A stretch of 64,000 nt of DNA from Macrostomum lignano (Eukaryota). The position numbers and the translations under genes are program-made. The notes below the pieces were generated by a model. That model did not search any database. It saw only the letters and a program-made list of their open reading frames with translations, and was not told where the DNA came from. The DNA is taken from positions 42,978 to 106,977 of the forward strand of contig NIVC01001804.1 in the NCBI GenBank assembly GCA_002269645.1, read 5' to 3'. This document shows, piece by piece, positions 10,823 through 22,800 of the stretch; the first letter of the stretch is position 1; each line of letters begins with the position of its first letter.

Positions 10823-13800
10823 CTGTAAAAACGATTCGGTTCCCGATCGGGAAAAATACAACTTTGAGTCTGTGCAGTGATGCTTTGGACTGAAATACCA
10901 AAACCGCTCAAACAAATGGCACGATATTTGCAGCCACCCTAAACTCACTACGGAGAAGGTCTTTGTTACCTTAAAATTCTTTAAATTCGAGTTCTTCTTA
11001 CCTAAAAGTGCAAAAAAGCTACGAGCTAACTTGCGTAATTTTTAACTGAATCCTCCGTAGCGTTGCTCCACTTTTACCAATGCTACTCAAACATGACACT
11101 TAAAATCTTGCCAAGTTTTCTTAAATTCTTGCCAGAATGGACTAATCCCAGCACACGGAACTCAAGGACATAATTGAACCGTTTGTTGTGAACCTTCTTA
11201 AACAAAAACTTCTACTGTCCATTTGCACTTTTAATATTGAATTATATTTTACCACTCCTCACGTGTTCTTTATTAGTTTTGCTGATGTTTTGCATCCCTA
11301 CACTGCTTAGTTTCTGTAGAACACTTAAACAGTATCATTACTTTTCTCTCGTACGAGTTTGCCACCGCTTCTTATCATTTTACATCAAAGCTACATATTA
11401 ATCCCAACTCCTTGCCTCCGATTATAAAATGCAAATGTATCACCTCTATCCTAACTATTAACAAGCTTTGTTTGAGCATGACTTCAGATTTCAGAATTTC
11501 ATGCTTAAAAAAGATCCAGAGTTAAAAGTCCGCAGGTTGCAACAGCTTGCACATAATAAATGCATGTTGCCAACACAGACCGTCAGGACAGTCAGGCTCT
11601 TGTTTAGATCTGCTTACTGAGCTTAGCTATACTATCGCATACAGAATGTTCTACACCAATGCTTTACACGCTAAAAGCAAACGTCTCTAGCAATCACTAA
11701 CTGAACTATTAGACCATCTCATTCCCAAAGAGAGAACTCACCGAATCCTGAACACTGAATGTGCCCGTTCACCAACTCGTGCTGCTCCGGAGCTCCATCG
11801 CACTCGCACAGGCCTCTCTGGTGGTATTCTCGGCCGGGAGTCAACTCTATCACATCAATATCGGAATTGGCGTCAGTTCTGCCGTTCAGTGTCGTCAAGC
11901 TGTTGCCCCAGCCTTCTGAGTAGCTGCCGACGACAAAGTATGAAGGGTTTCTCAGTCGACTTCTTAGAATCTGCTGCAGGGCATCAGCAGCCGCGCTCTG
12001 CAATGCGGCTCGGGATTCGGTGAAGCCTGACTGCTCCAGTGCCGAGTGAAGCTGCTCGCTCAGCTCTGAGTCGCTGGGACTGCATCTAAAATGTGAGTTG
12101 ATGGTGAAAAACGTGCAGGCGTCTAGAATGGTTAGTTGAATAATTTGTGCTTAAATTTGAATTTTAGCTCGTATTTGACTAGCATAAGGCAGCAGTCTTA
12201 AACAGTGCATGAATTGATATCATGGCAGTTGATCCTTTTAGTCCTTTTAGTTTTAGTATATGAATTTAGTTTTTTTATCGGCCGCAGCAGACTTGTCTGT
12301 GTCTATGACTTAATGTGAGCCGCGCTGTACGTTAAATAAGATTTATATGTAAAGAGGCAAAGCTGGCAAGAAAGCCAAAAGAAAATACAAAGAAACTGTG
12401 GGAGCAAAGACTCTCGAAAGAACCACAACATAACAGTGGCATCGCGAGCAGGATCAACTACAGGCATGAGTAAGCAAGGCGAAAAAATAGTCGGCTCCCC
12501 TACAAAAGCAGGAGCAGGTCCACCGGCTGGCCAGTTGACCAAGGCAGCAGTCTCTGTTGTCAAGACTCCAGTTATTGAAATTTAGAGAAATTTTTTACAT
12601 GTTTTGTTCCTGAAAATTTTCCAATTTCCATAACTCGCTATGCAGTGTCTGTCGTATGGTTAGCACGTAGGAAGTGTTGATAAAACGATGAGGATTTGAG
12701 ACTAGATTTTTGCACTGGAGGTGGGATGGGGCAGGCTGGAGGTGAAGGTCGTGAAATCCACATTCACACTGCATATACTTCTGAGTCACCGATAAACCTT
12801 GTGAGCATTGATATCAGCCATGTCATTCCATATTGACTCAGCATTTTGCAAGCTTTTGCTTTCCACTGCTTGTGTGTTGTTCCAACTTCTAAAACTGCCT
12901 ATCATTACCGCTTGCTTGTACAATTACACAATTTTCTTCGAAGTCGTAAAAACTCGAAAAGGAATAAAAGACGATGAAAAAAACAAATCAAAGGACTGAA
13001 ACTTACCCAAATTGTGACTGTTTTTGTGGCTCTTCCACAGCAACTGTATTTTTAGCCACTTCTTGAAGATTACTGTGCTCAACCTTGGCGTCAGCTTGTG
13101 CTTTGATGAGTGAGCTCACAACTTGGTGGTGACCAATCTGTGATGCAATGTAGAGAGTTGAAACGCCTTGGATTTGTTGAAGATTGACGTAAGCTTGTGC
13201 CTTGATGAGTGAGCTCACAACTTGGTGGTGACCATACTGTGATGCAATGTAGAGAGTTGAAACGCCTTGGATTTGTTGAAGATTGACGTAAGCTTGTGCC
13301 TTGATGAGTGAGCTCACAACTTGGTGGTGACCATACTGTGATGCAATGTAGAGAGTTGAAACGCCTTGGATTTGTTGAAGATCGACGTCAGCTTGTGCTT
13401 TGATGAGTGAGCTTACAACTTGGTGGTGACCATTCTGTGATGCAATTAGGAGAGGTGAGCAGCCATCGCTTCGTTGAAGATTGACGTCAGCTTGTGCTTT
13501 GATGAGTGAGCTCACAACTTGGTGCTGACCTTGCTTTGATGCAATGTAGAGAGGTGACTCGCCAGTGTTTCGTTGAAGATTGACGTCAGCTTGTGCTTTG
13601 ATGAGTGAGATCACTACTTGGTGGTGACCTTTCTGTGATGCAACGTAGAGAGGTGAGCAGCCACTGACTTCTTGAAGATTGACGTCAGCTTGTGCTTTGA
13701 TGAGTGAGCTCACAACTTGGTGGTGACCAAAATGTGATGCAATGTAGAGAGGTGACTCGCCAGTGTTTCGTTGAAGATTGACGTCAGCTTGTGCTTTGAT

Positions 13801-15054
13801 GAGTGAGCTCACAACTTGGTGGTGACCTTGCTGTGATGCAAAGTAGAGAGGTGAGCAGCCATCGCTTCGTTGAAGATTGACGTCAGCTTGTGCTTTGATG
13901 AGTGAGCTCACAACTTGGTGGTGACCATTGTGTGATGCAATTAGGAGAGGTGAAGCGTCTTGGATTTGTTGAAGATTGATGTCAGCTTGTGCTTTGATGA
14001 GTGAGCTCACAACTTGGTGGTGACCTTGCTGTGATGCAATGTAGAGAGGTGAGCAGCCATCGCTCCGTTGAAGATTGACGTCAGCTTGTGCTTTGATGAG
14101 TGAGCTCACAACTTGGTGGTGACCTTGCTGTGATGCAAAGTAGAGAGGTGAGCAGCCATCGCTCCGTTGAAGATTGACGTCAGCTTGTGCTTTGATGAGT
14201 GAGCTCACAACTTGGTGGTGACCATTGTGTGATGCAATTAGGAGAGGTGAAGCGTCTTTGATTTGTTGAAGATTGATGTCAGCTTGTGCTTTGATGAGTG
14301 AGCTCACAACTTGGTGGTGACCTTGCTGTGATGCAATGTAGAGAGGTGAGCAGCCATCGCTCCGTTGAAGATTGACGTCAGCTTGTGCTTTGATGAGTGA
14401 GCTCACAACTTGGTGGTGACCTTGCTGTGATGCAAAGTAGAGAGGTGAGCAGCCATCGCTCCGTTGAAGATTGACGTCAGCTTGTGCTTTGATGAGTGAG
14501 CTTACAACTTGGTGGTGACCTTGCTGTGATGCAAAGTAGAGAGGTGAGCAGCCATCGCTCCGTTGAAGATTGACGTCAGCTTGTGCTTTGATGAGTGAGC
14601 TCACAACTTGGTGGTGACCCATCAGTGATGCAATGTAGAGAGGTGAAGCGCCTTTGATTTGTTGAAGATTGACGTCAGCTTGTGCTTTGATGAGTGCGCT
14701 CACAACTTGGTGGTGACCATTTTGTGATGCAATGTAGAGGGGTGAATAGCCATCGGCTTCTTGAAGATTGACGTCAGCTCGGGCTTGAATGAACATTTCA
14801 ACAATTTTGTCTTTTCCCATTGCACACGCAAAGTGAAGCGGCGAGAATGTCATCTCATTGATTCTGAAGAGCCTATCAACGTTAGAAGGAATCTGCAGGT
14901 ATCGTGAAATTTTTGTTTCATTTTCGAACATAACGGCTTCCAGGATCTCCTGCTGATCAGTACCATCAAGGCCCTCGCTTTGGCCTGCGGACCTGCCGAA
15001 GGTCTGCTTCAGAACTGCTGCAATCGCTGTCAAGATTCTCCAAAGAGCTTCCAT
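9700..15054 (-). CDS. Ankyrin-repeat / Mab-21 (cGAS-like receptor type) nucleotidyltransferase fusion, with one frameshift near 10310
   Basis: Exons: 15054-13007 (donor GG|GTAAGT, phase 2), optional 12888-12790 (99 nt, phase 2-2), 12085-11742 (phase 2-1), 10822 to about 9700 (phase 1 acceptor TTTTTACAG|CC). Motifs: GSYSEG...SDIDV, ELRVSTSFLE, LKYLVK, LKSYHVKT, MNHFF. Confidence 0.72.
11742..12085 (-). CDS. Nucleotidyltransferase catalytic exon (GS...DxD)
   Basis: CSPSDSELSEQLHSALEQSGFTESRAALQSAAADALQQIL...YFVVGSYSEGWGN...NSDIDVIEL. Acceptor ATTTTAG|A; donor G|GTGAGT. Confidence 0.82.
13007..15054 (-). CDS. Single large exon encoding 18 ankyrin repeats (17 near-identical 99-bp units)
   Basis: Units of xxxxxSPLY(I/F)ASxxGHHQVVSSLIKAQADVNLQ. 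A 98-aa N-terminal part, 17 x 33 aa and a 24-aa tail add up to the 683-aa ORF. Confidence 0.95.
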
Positions 15055-15265
15055 TTTGGTTCGTTATCGGTGCTGTGGAATGCGGAGAGCGCCGCATTTT
15101 GCTGGAATTTATCTATTATTGCTCATTTGCGTCACAATTGTCTGCCATTGGCAGCGCTGCCACCGCCAATTGAAATAAATGAGGCTTGGGTGCGGTTCTG
15201 CTTGGCTACAGAATTATAAGCTGCATAAAATGCAGTCATAAGAATAATTGCTAATCTAGCTGCTG

Positions 15266-15322
15266 CTGTCTGTCTGTCTGTGTGTCTGACTTAGTGTCCG
15301 TCTTAGTGTCTGTCTGTCTATA

Positions 15323-15395
<73 letters not shown>

Positions 15396-15432
15396 GGCTG
15401 TCTGTCTGTATATCTGTCTCTCTGTCTGTCTG
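15266..15432 (+). repeat. (TCTG)n microsatellite upstream of the ANK-Mab-21 start
   Basis: Imperfect TCTG run. Confidence 0.9.
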
Positions 15433-15489
15433 TCTATAATGCTATACACAGGCACACACTCATACAGATGCTCACACAGGGTGTACAGC

Positions 15490-18400
15490 GGCCATGACTT
15501 TATATTCGTCAGAAATGCACACTATCCAGCATTCATGGCTGTTCGATAGCAGCAGATCTAGGAAGGAAGATATAGAAGCGGCAGACAGAGGAGGGTGGAA
15601 GGTCTAGAAGCGGCAGACAGAGGAGGGTGGAAGGTCTAGAAGCGGCAGGCAGAGGAGGGTGGAAGGTCTAGAAGCGGCAGACAGAGGAGGGTGGAAGTTC
15701 TAGAAGCGGCAGATAGAGGAGGATGGGAGGTCTAGAAGCGGCAGGCAGAGGAGGGTGGAAGTTCTAGAAGCGGCAGGCAGAGGAGGGCGGAAGTTCTAGA
15801 AGCGGCAGGCAGAGGAGGGCGGAAGTTCTAGAAGCGGCAGGCAGAGGAGGGCGGAAGGTCTAGAAGCGGCAGGCAGAGGAGGGTTGTAGGTCTAGAAGCG
15901 GCAGGCAGAGGAGAGGGTTGTAGGTCTAGAAGCGGCAGACAGAGGAGGGTGGAAGGTCTAGAAGCGGCAGGCAGAGGAGGGTGGTAGGTCTAGAAGCGGC
16001 AGACAGAGGAGGGTGGAAGGTCTAGAAGCGGCAGGCAGAGGAGGGTTGTAGGTCTAGAAGCGGCAGACAGAGGAGGGTGGTAGGTCTAGAAGCGGCAGGC
16101 AGAGGAGGGTTGTAGGTCTAGAAGCGGCAGACAGAGGAGGGTGGTAGGTCTAGAAGCGGCAGACAGAGGAGGGTGGAAGGTCTAGAAGCGGCAGGCAGAG
16201 GAGGGTGGTAGGTCTAGAAGCGGCAGACAGAGGAGTAGCTGGGGATAAAGTATCCATTGGAAAAATAACCCCAACCCCCCTCCCTCAAGATCGATACCAG
16301 TGTCTTGGAAGGCGCAATATTTTTAAAGCTCCGAGAGTGGGTCTGGCCGACTGGATAGAATAGAAGGACCTCCTAGTTTGCATTCCAGTAGTTTTTGCTG
16401 CAGCAGAGATACAGGACTTGCCCCCAAGGAGTTGGCAGGCGGAATGTTGTACAGTTGTGCTTTAATCTTCTTTCTGTGCTCATCCGGCTGTCTGCTCACC
16501 ATCAGCAGCCTGTTCAGCGATCGCTGGATGCTGGTTGAAGTGGCTCTGAAGGAGACGGACTACTAGCACACACCCTAACAATTCCTATACAGTAGCAGAA
16601 CAAACCTCCAGCTGACATTTTTATGTATAAAGTGGATTCAGGTTTCAAGCTTACAGCCGATCTGAACACGGTATACTGTATACGATTTCTTATCTGACTT
16701 CTACCAGTAAGCAGTTGAGGTTGCTTGCTCTGTATTTCTGAATTAAATGCCTGAATATTTTATTTGCCAACATGTTGAGACACGTAGAATCAATGCTTAA
16801 CCATGCATTATGAATTAATAAGCAACGTACATGTGAGCTGCCTTTTGATAGTGAAGTGCGAGCTTTGCCAAATACCGTAAAATTAGGCCTTGGGCACTGC
16901 AGTGTCAGTAGTTATTAATCAAATCATTAATCGAATCTGTACCATGTCGTTCACAGCATCTGAGAATGAACCGGGGAGGCAGTTAACATAAACTTGTCTT
17001 AGGCTGTGGAGTATTTACTTTCATGCTGTCTACTTTGAGTACAGCGCAAAGTAGATTAGCAGATTATTTCTACTTTTATTTTCTTACTTCCTTTTTGCGT
17101 TTTTATTCAACAATACGCTCTTGTTTGATTTCCTAAATGTCTTTGCTTTCATTAGAGTTTTATACTTGAGTAACGTCGGAACGAGAATGAATTCAGACAA
17201 TAAATGAAACAATACTACAGCCACAGTACTGTTACCTGCAAAAACCTGCTAAGGCAAGTTGGTCATCTATCTATCTTCCATCCGGAATGCTCCCATACTC
17301 AAGTCCGCCTTTCTATCTGTTTCATAGAAAGTCTCGTCCCACATTTGGCTCATGGAAGTCTGTTTTGTCAGGCAGTTCTATAGTTCTATGTCAGGCATAT
17401 AAAGGCCATGACTTTATATTCGTCAGAAATGCACACTATCCAGCATTCATGGCTGTTCGATAGCAGCAGATCTAGGAAGGAAGATATAGAAGCGGCAGAC
17501 AGAGGAGGGTGGAAGGTCTAGAAGCGGCAGGCAGAGGAGGGTGGAAGGTCTAGAAGCGGCAGACAGAGGAGGGTGGAAGTTCTAGAAGCGGCAGATAGAG
17601 GAGGATGGGAGGTCTAGAAGCGGCAGGCAGAGGAGGGTGGAAGTTCTAGAAGCGGCAGGCAGAGGAGGGCGGAAGTTCTAGAAGCGGCAGGCAGAGGAGG
17701 GCGGAAGTTCTAGAAGCGGCAGGCAGAGGAGGGCGGAAGGTCTAGAAGCGGCAGGCAGAGGAGGGTTGTAGGTCTAGAAGCGGCAGGCAGAGGAGAGGGT
17801 TGTAGGTCTAGAAGCGGCAGACAGAGGAGGGTGGAAGGTCTAGAAGCGGCAGGCAGAGGAGGGTGGTAGGTCTAGAAGCGGCAGACAGAGGAGGGTGGAA
17901 GGTCTAGAAGCGGCAGGCAGAGGAGGGTTGTAGGTCTAGAAGCGGCAGACAGAGGAGGGTGGTAGGTCTAGAAGCGGCAGGCAGAGGAGGGTTGTAGGTC
18001 TAGAAGCGGCAGACAGAGGAGGGTGGTAGGTCTAGAAGCGGCAGACAGAGGAGGGTGGAAGGTCTAGAAGCGGCAGGCAGAGGAGGGTGGTAGGTCTAGA
18101 AGCGGCAGACAGAGGAGTAGCTGGGGATAAAGTATCCATTGGAAAAATAACCCCAACCCCCCTCCCTCAAGATCGATACCAGTGTCTTGGAAGGCGCAAT
18201 ATTTTTAAAGCTCCGAGAGTGGGTCTGGCCGACTGGATAGAATAGAAGGACCTCCTAGTTTGCATTCCAGTAGTTTTTGCTGCAGCAGAGATACAGGACT
18301 TGCCCCCAAGGAGTTGGCAGGCGGAATGTTGTACAGTTGTGCTTTAATCTTCTTTCTGTGCTCATCCGGCTGTCTGCTCACCATCAGCAGCCTGTTCAGC

Positions 18401-19258
18401 GATCGCTGGATGCTGGTTGAAGTGGCTCTGAAGGAGACGGACTACTAGCACACACCCTAACAATTCCTATACAGTAGCAGAACAAACCTCCAGCTGACAT
18501 TTTTATGTATAAAGTGGATTCAGGTTTCAAGCTTACAGCCGATCTGAACACGGTATACTGTATACGATTTCTTATCTGACTTCTACCAGTAAGCAGTTGA
18601 GGTTGCTTGCTCTGTATTTCTGAATTAAATGCCTGAATATTTTATTTGCCAACATGTTGAGACACGTAGAATCAATGCTTAACCATGCATTATGAATTAA
18701 TAAGCAACGTACATGTGAGCTGCCTTTTGATAGTGAAGTGCGAGCTTTGCCAAATACCGTAAAATTAGGCCTTGGGCACTGCAGTGTCAGTAGTTATTAA
18801 TCAAATCATTAATCGAATCTGTACCATGTCGTTCACAGCATCTGAGAATGAACCGGGGAGGCAGTTAACATAAACTTGTCTTAGGCTGTGGAGTATTTAC
18901 TTTCATGCTGTCTACTTTGAGTACAGCGCAAAGTAGATTAGCAGATTATTTCTACTTTTATTTTCTTACTTCCTTTTTGCGTTTTTATTCAACAATACGC
19001 TCTTGTTTGATTTCCTAAATGTCTTTGCTTTCATTAGAGTTTTATACTTGAGTAACGTCGGAACGAGAATGAATTCAGACAATAAATGAAACAATACTAC
19101 AGCCACAGTACTGTTACCTGCAAAAACCTGCTAAGGCAAGTTGGTCATCTATCTATCTTCCATCCGGAATGCTCCCATACTCAAGTCCGCCTTTCTATCT
19201 GTTTCATAGAAAGTCTCGTCCCACATTTGGCTCATGGAAGTCTGTTTTGTCAGGCAGT
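15490..19258 (+). repeat. About 1.9-kb direct tandem duplication, each copy carrying a 32-bp minisatellite
   Basis: GGCCATGACTTTATATTCGTCAG starts at about 15490 and 17404. Identical ORFs at 16378 and 18260 (offset 1882). The TCTAGAAGCGGCAGRCAGAGGAGGGTGGAAGG arrays (about 15575-16236 and 17487-18118) differ by one unit. Confidence 0.92.
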
Positions 19259-19839
19259 TCTTTACGTTTGGTAGCAAATACTCGTTACATGCAGCTCGTG
19301 TTTCGTTTAAATGTACTCATATATACGATGTGAGCAGTCCTGCTCATCGGCTCACTTTTCCCTGTAATTTTTGTCTCCGTCTCTCGTATGCATCTCAGGC
19401 GTACTGTAGCTATTGCCAACTGCTCATCAAGGAGTGACCAAGCAGAAAGCAATCTAATTTTGTCTGGATGAGCAGTATTTCAGTGGCGACAGAACTCAAA
19501 CAAAATACTGGTTTATTATTTAAAAGCTTTTGATTAACTACTTTAGTTTAGAAGAATTAGTCACAGGGTTATAAACTTTACACGGAAACGAAAAATATCA
19601 TAAAAATAAAATGAAACGATAATTGAGTACTTGAAGGTTAAGCAGATTGACTTGAGTAGACATCAGAGTCAAATAACCATTAGTCATATTCAGAAGGTAA
19701 CACGATCGGTGTTTGAACAGCAGAAAAGTGTCCACATTTATCAATCAAGCTGCCAATACGAGTATATCAAATATTCCATCATTAAAGACAGCTCCGTGAC
19801 ATCGCCGCTACCTGAAGAAACTCACAGCGGCTTCAAAGG

Positions 19840-22800
19840 CTAGTCGAAGAACTTCTTGTCTTCGTACCTGAAAAAAGAAGTGCAGAGTATAAACTCAGAG
19901 TGTGGATTTCAAATTGCAGAGTGTAAACTCGGAGTGTGGATTTCAAATTGCAGAGTATAAACTCAGAGTGTGGATTTCAAATTGCAGAGTATAAACTCAG
20001 AGTGTGGATTTCAAATTGCAGAGTGTAAACTCAGAGTGTGGATTTCAAATTGCAGAGTGTAAACTCGGAGTGTGGATTTCAAATTGCAGAGTATAAACTC
20101 AGAGTGTGGATTTCAAATTGCAGAGTATAAACTCAGAGTGTGGATTTCAAATTGCAGAGTGTAAACTCAGAGTGTGGATTTCAAATTGCACTATAGTTCT
20201 TACTGCCCATTTATACTACAAAAATTAAAAAATTCCACTCAGAGCAACTGCAGTCAGCTGCTCAAAATTCAATGATGAGCAATAATGCTTTTCAGCGATT
20301 TCGAGCATAGGTCAGAGAGATATTCTCAGTTGCCATGGAAACTCACCCACGCAGCAGCTCAGCCAGCTCGCTGTTTTCCGTCTGTGTGGCCAAATCCAGC
20401 GCAGTCATGCCGTCTCTGTCCTTCAGGCTCCAATCCGCCCCTGAGTCCAGCAGAACCCGACCGACTGCGGCGGTGGTGGCGGGGGGCGCAAAGATGGCTG
20501 CCAGCATGAGGGGAGTCAATTCACAGTATCCTCGATCGTTCCTGGCGTTGGCGGAGGCTCCGGCAGCCAGCAGAGCGGAGGCTGCGGCAGAATTGCCACC
20601 GAAGCCTGCCCAGTGCAGGCAACTATCAGACCTTGAATCCACACAGGTGGGGTCACCCAGCTGCACCAGCTGCTTCCACAGAGCCTCATCACTACACGAG
20701 CTGTTCAGAGCTGCCCACATCAACGCGTTGAGACCACATCTGTCAGGCAGATCGCAGCTGCCGCGGGTCGCCGCTCGCCGCAGCCCCGCCAAGTCACCCG
20801 CCTCGGCCAGCCGCTGCAGTTCCTTTCGATCCGCTTCCTCCTGCAAAGGTGAGCGGGAAATTTGAGCACAGCTGCTCAGCTGCAGCCGCATCGGCACCGC
20901 AGATGCCGCTCACCTGGACTGTCAGGCCGGATAATGAGGCATTTTTTCCCACAACCAGCCGCATCTCCCTGTAACAGTAAAAATGAGCAGCGAATTCGCA
21001 ATTTTCCATATCAGACAACTACGACTGCCAAAATAAAATTTAATTTAGTACGATACTAGAAATCTTCGCCCCCCGATGGGGGGCATCTAGATAGAATCTC
21101 TGGCTCTCTACAAGTATCAAAAAGACGGCCAAATAAAGACTTCACATAGACAATAGAAAAACTGCTCAAATGAAGTGCAATGCAAAAAGAAAACATCCCA
21201 GGACAGCAAGCACCACCAGATAGCAAGCATCTCCAGATAGCAAGCACCCCCCGATAACAACAACAACAACAACAGAGTACGCTGCCAGTTCACAAAAGCA
21301 GCGTCAGAGGGCGCGCTTCAAAGCTTGGGCGCGAACAAAAGCCGCACCGCCGGCAGAGTCCGGGGCGCCGGCGTCAGCCAGCAGACAGTCGACGTAGCGC
21401 CGAGTCCTCGCCTGTCCCCGCCGGTAGGGTGCCTGCAACGTAAGTAGCAGCACCTCCTGCACCGGCTCCGGACAGTTGGCCTCGGCGCGGATGACGTGGC
21501 CTGCCAGCTGGAGTCGCCGACGGCGCAGCAGATCGCTAGGACGGGCCAGGCCGGCGCGATGATAGAGCGCCGTGTTGGTGACTCGCTCGTTGCCGATCTT
21601 GAAGGCGGCGCGCAGCAGGCCAGCGTGCGCCGCGTCGACTTGAGCCTCGAGCGAGTCTGTCAGCGTCCAGGTCTCGGCGTTGTATAACAGGACGGTCTCG
21701 ATCACCGCCTGGAACAGCGCCGCCCTCTGGCGGTCCGGTAGGGCCTCGGACTGCAGGACTGACCTTATAGAACGAAAGGCAGCCCAAGCAAGTCCTCGGC
21801 GACGCCGCAGATCCTCGCGGACGTCGGGAACCAGACCGCCGAGGTAGACGAACTGCTGACATCTTGGAAGCTCACTCGCCTGTCCGTCAGCGCCTCGGCA
21901 GAAGATTGCAGCCTCGGTGTCGTCCGGCACGCATAGCACGACGGTCTTCTGCGTGTTGACCACCAGGCCGACGCTCGCCGCAACGGCAACCAGCCTATCC
22001 AGCTGTCGTTGGGCGCCCTCGACGGTCGAGGACAGCAGGGCGAGGTCATCGGCGTAGCCAAGCACGCTGAGCCGTCTCTCCGGTTGGCGTCGACCCACGC
22101 GTCGCCGCAGCAGGAAGCCGTCGTCGTTGGAAGGCAGAGCAGTCCGTAGCACCCAGTCAAGCACCAGAATAAATAGGAACGGCGCTAGCGTATCTCCCTG
22201 GAGCACCCCGGAGGATGTCTCGAAGAAATCCGATAGGCCGTCCGGTGTTGAGACAGCAGCCGTCGTGCCGTGGTACAGCGCCATGACAGCAGAAATCAGC
22301 AGCTCTGGCACGTTGTACGCACGGAGCACCTCTGGGAGCGCGTCCCTCACGACCGAGTCGAAAGCCTTCCTGAAATCGACGAAGATCAGGATCAGGGTCA
22401 ACTGGCGGATGCGCGCCTCCTCGATGACTCGTCGAAGAGCCAGGATCTGCGTCACTGTGCCGCGATGGGGCCGGAATCCGTTCTGCTCAGGTCGCAGGTA
22501 CGGGTCCAGCACAGGCTGTAACCGCGATAGCAGCATGCGGTTGAACAGCTTCGCGGCGCAGGACTGTAGGCAGATGCCTCGATGCTCCTCGAGCTTGGTG
22601 GTGCCCGGCTTCTTTGGAATGGCGACGATGTGCGCCGTGGTCCATTCGTTTGGCGCCACCTCACCGAAAAGCACGCGGTTCATCACTCTGGCGACCTCAG
22701 TGGCCACGCAGTGGATCCGCAGCGCCTCGGTGGGCACCTCGTCCGGACCAAGCGCTTTGCCGCCCGGCGTCTGCCGAGCGAACTTCACAACGTCGGCTGT

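Noticed and set aside
9700-12085. Bacterial CBASS operon or horizontal transfer from bacteria
   Set aside because: The genes have spliceosomal introns and metazoan-type caspase (QACRG) and Mab-21 motifs. The resemblance to CBASS is only an analogy.
12303-12789. Extra exons or ORFs in the ANK-Mab-21 intron (12303-12563, 12595-12789)
   Set aside because: I found no recognisable domain and no phase-compatible splice pair, apart from the optional 99-nt exon at 12888-12790.
16372-16580. Minus-strand frame ...KIKAQLYNIPP... as a LINE endonuclease fragment, and the plus-strand 62-aa ORF
   Set aside because: Only one weak motif is present, with no downstream GDFN, which is too little to call.
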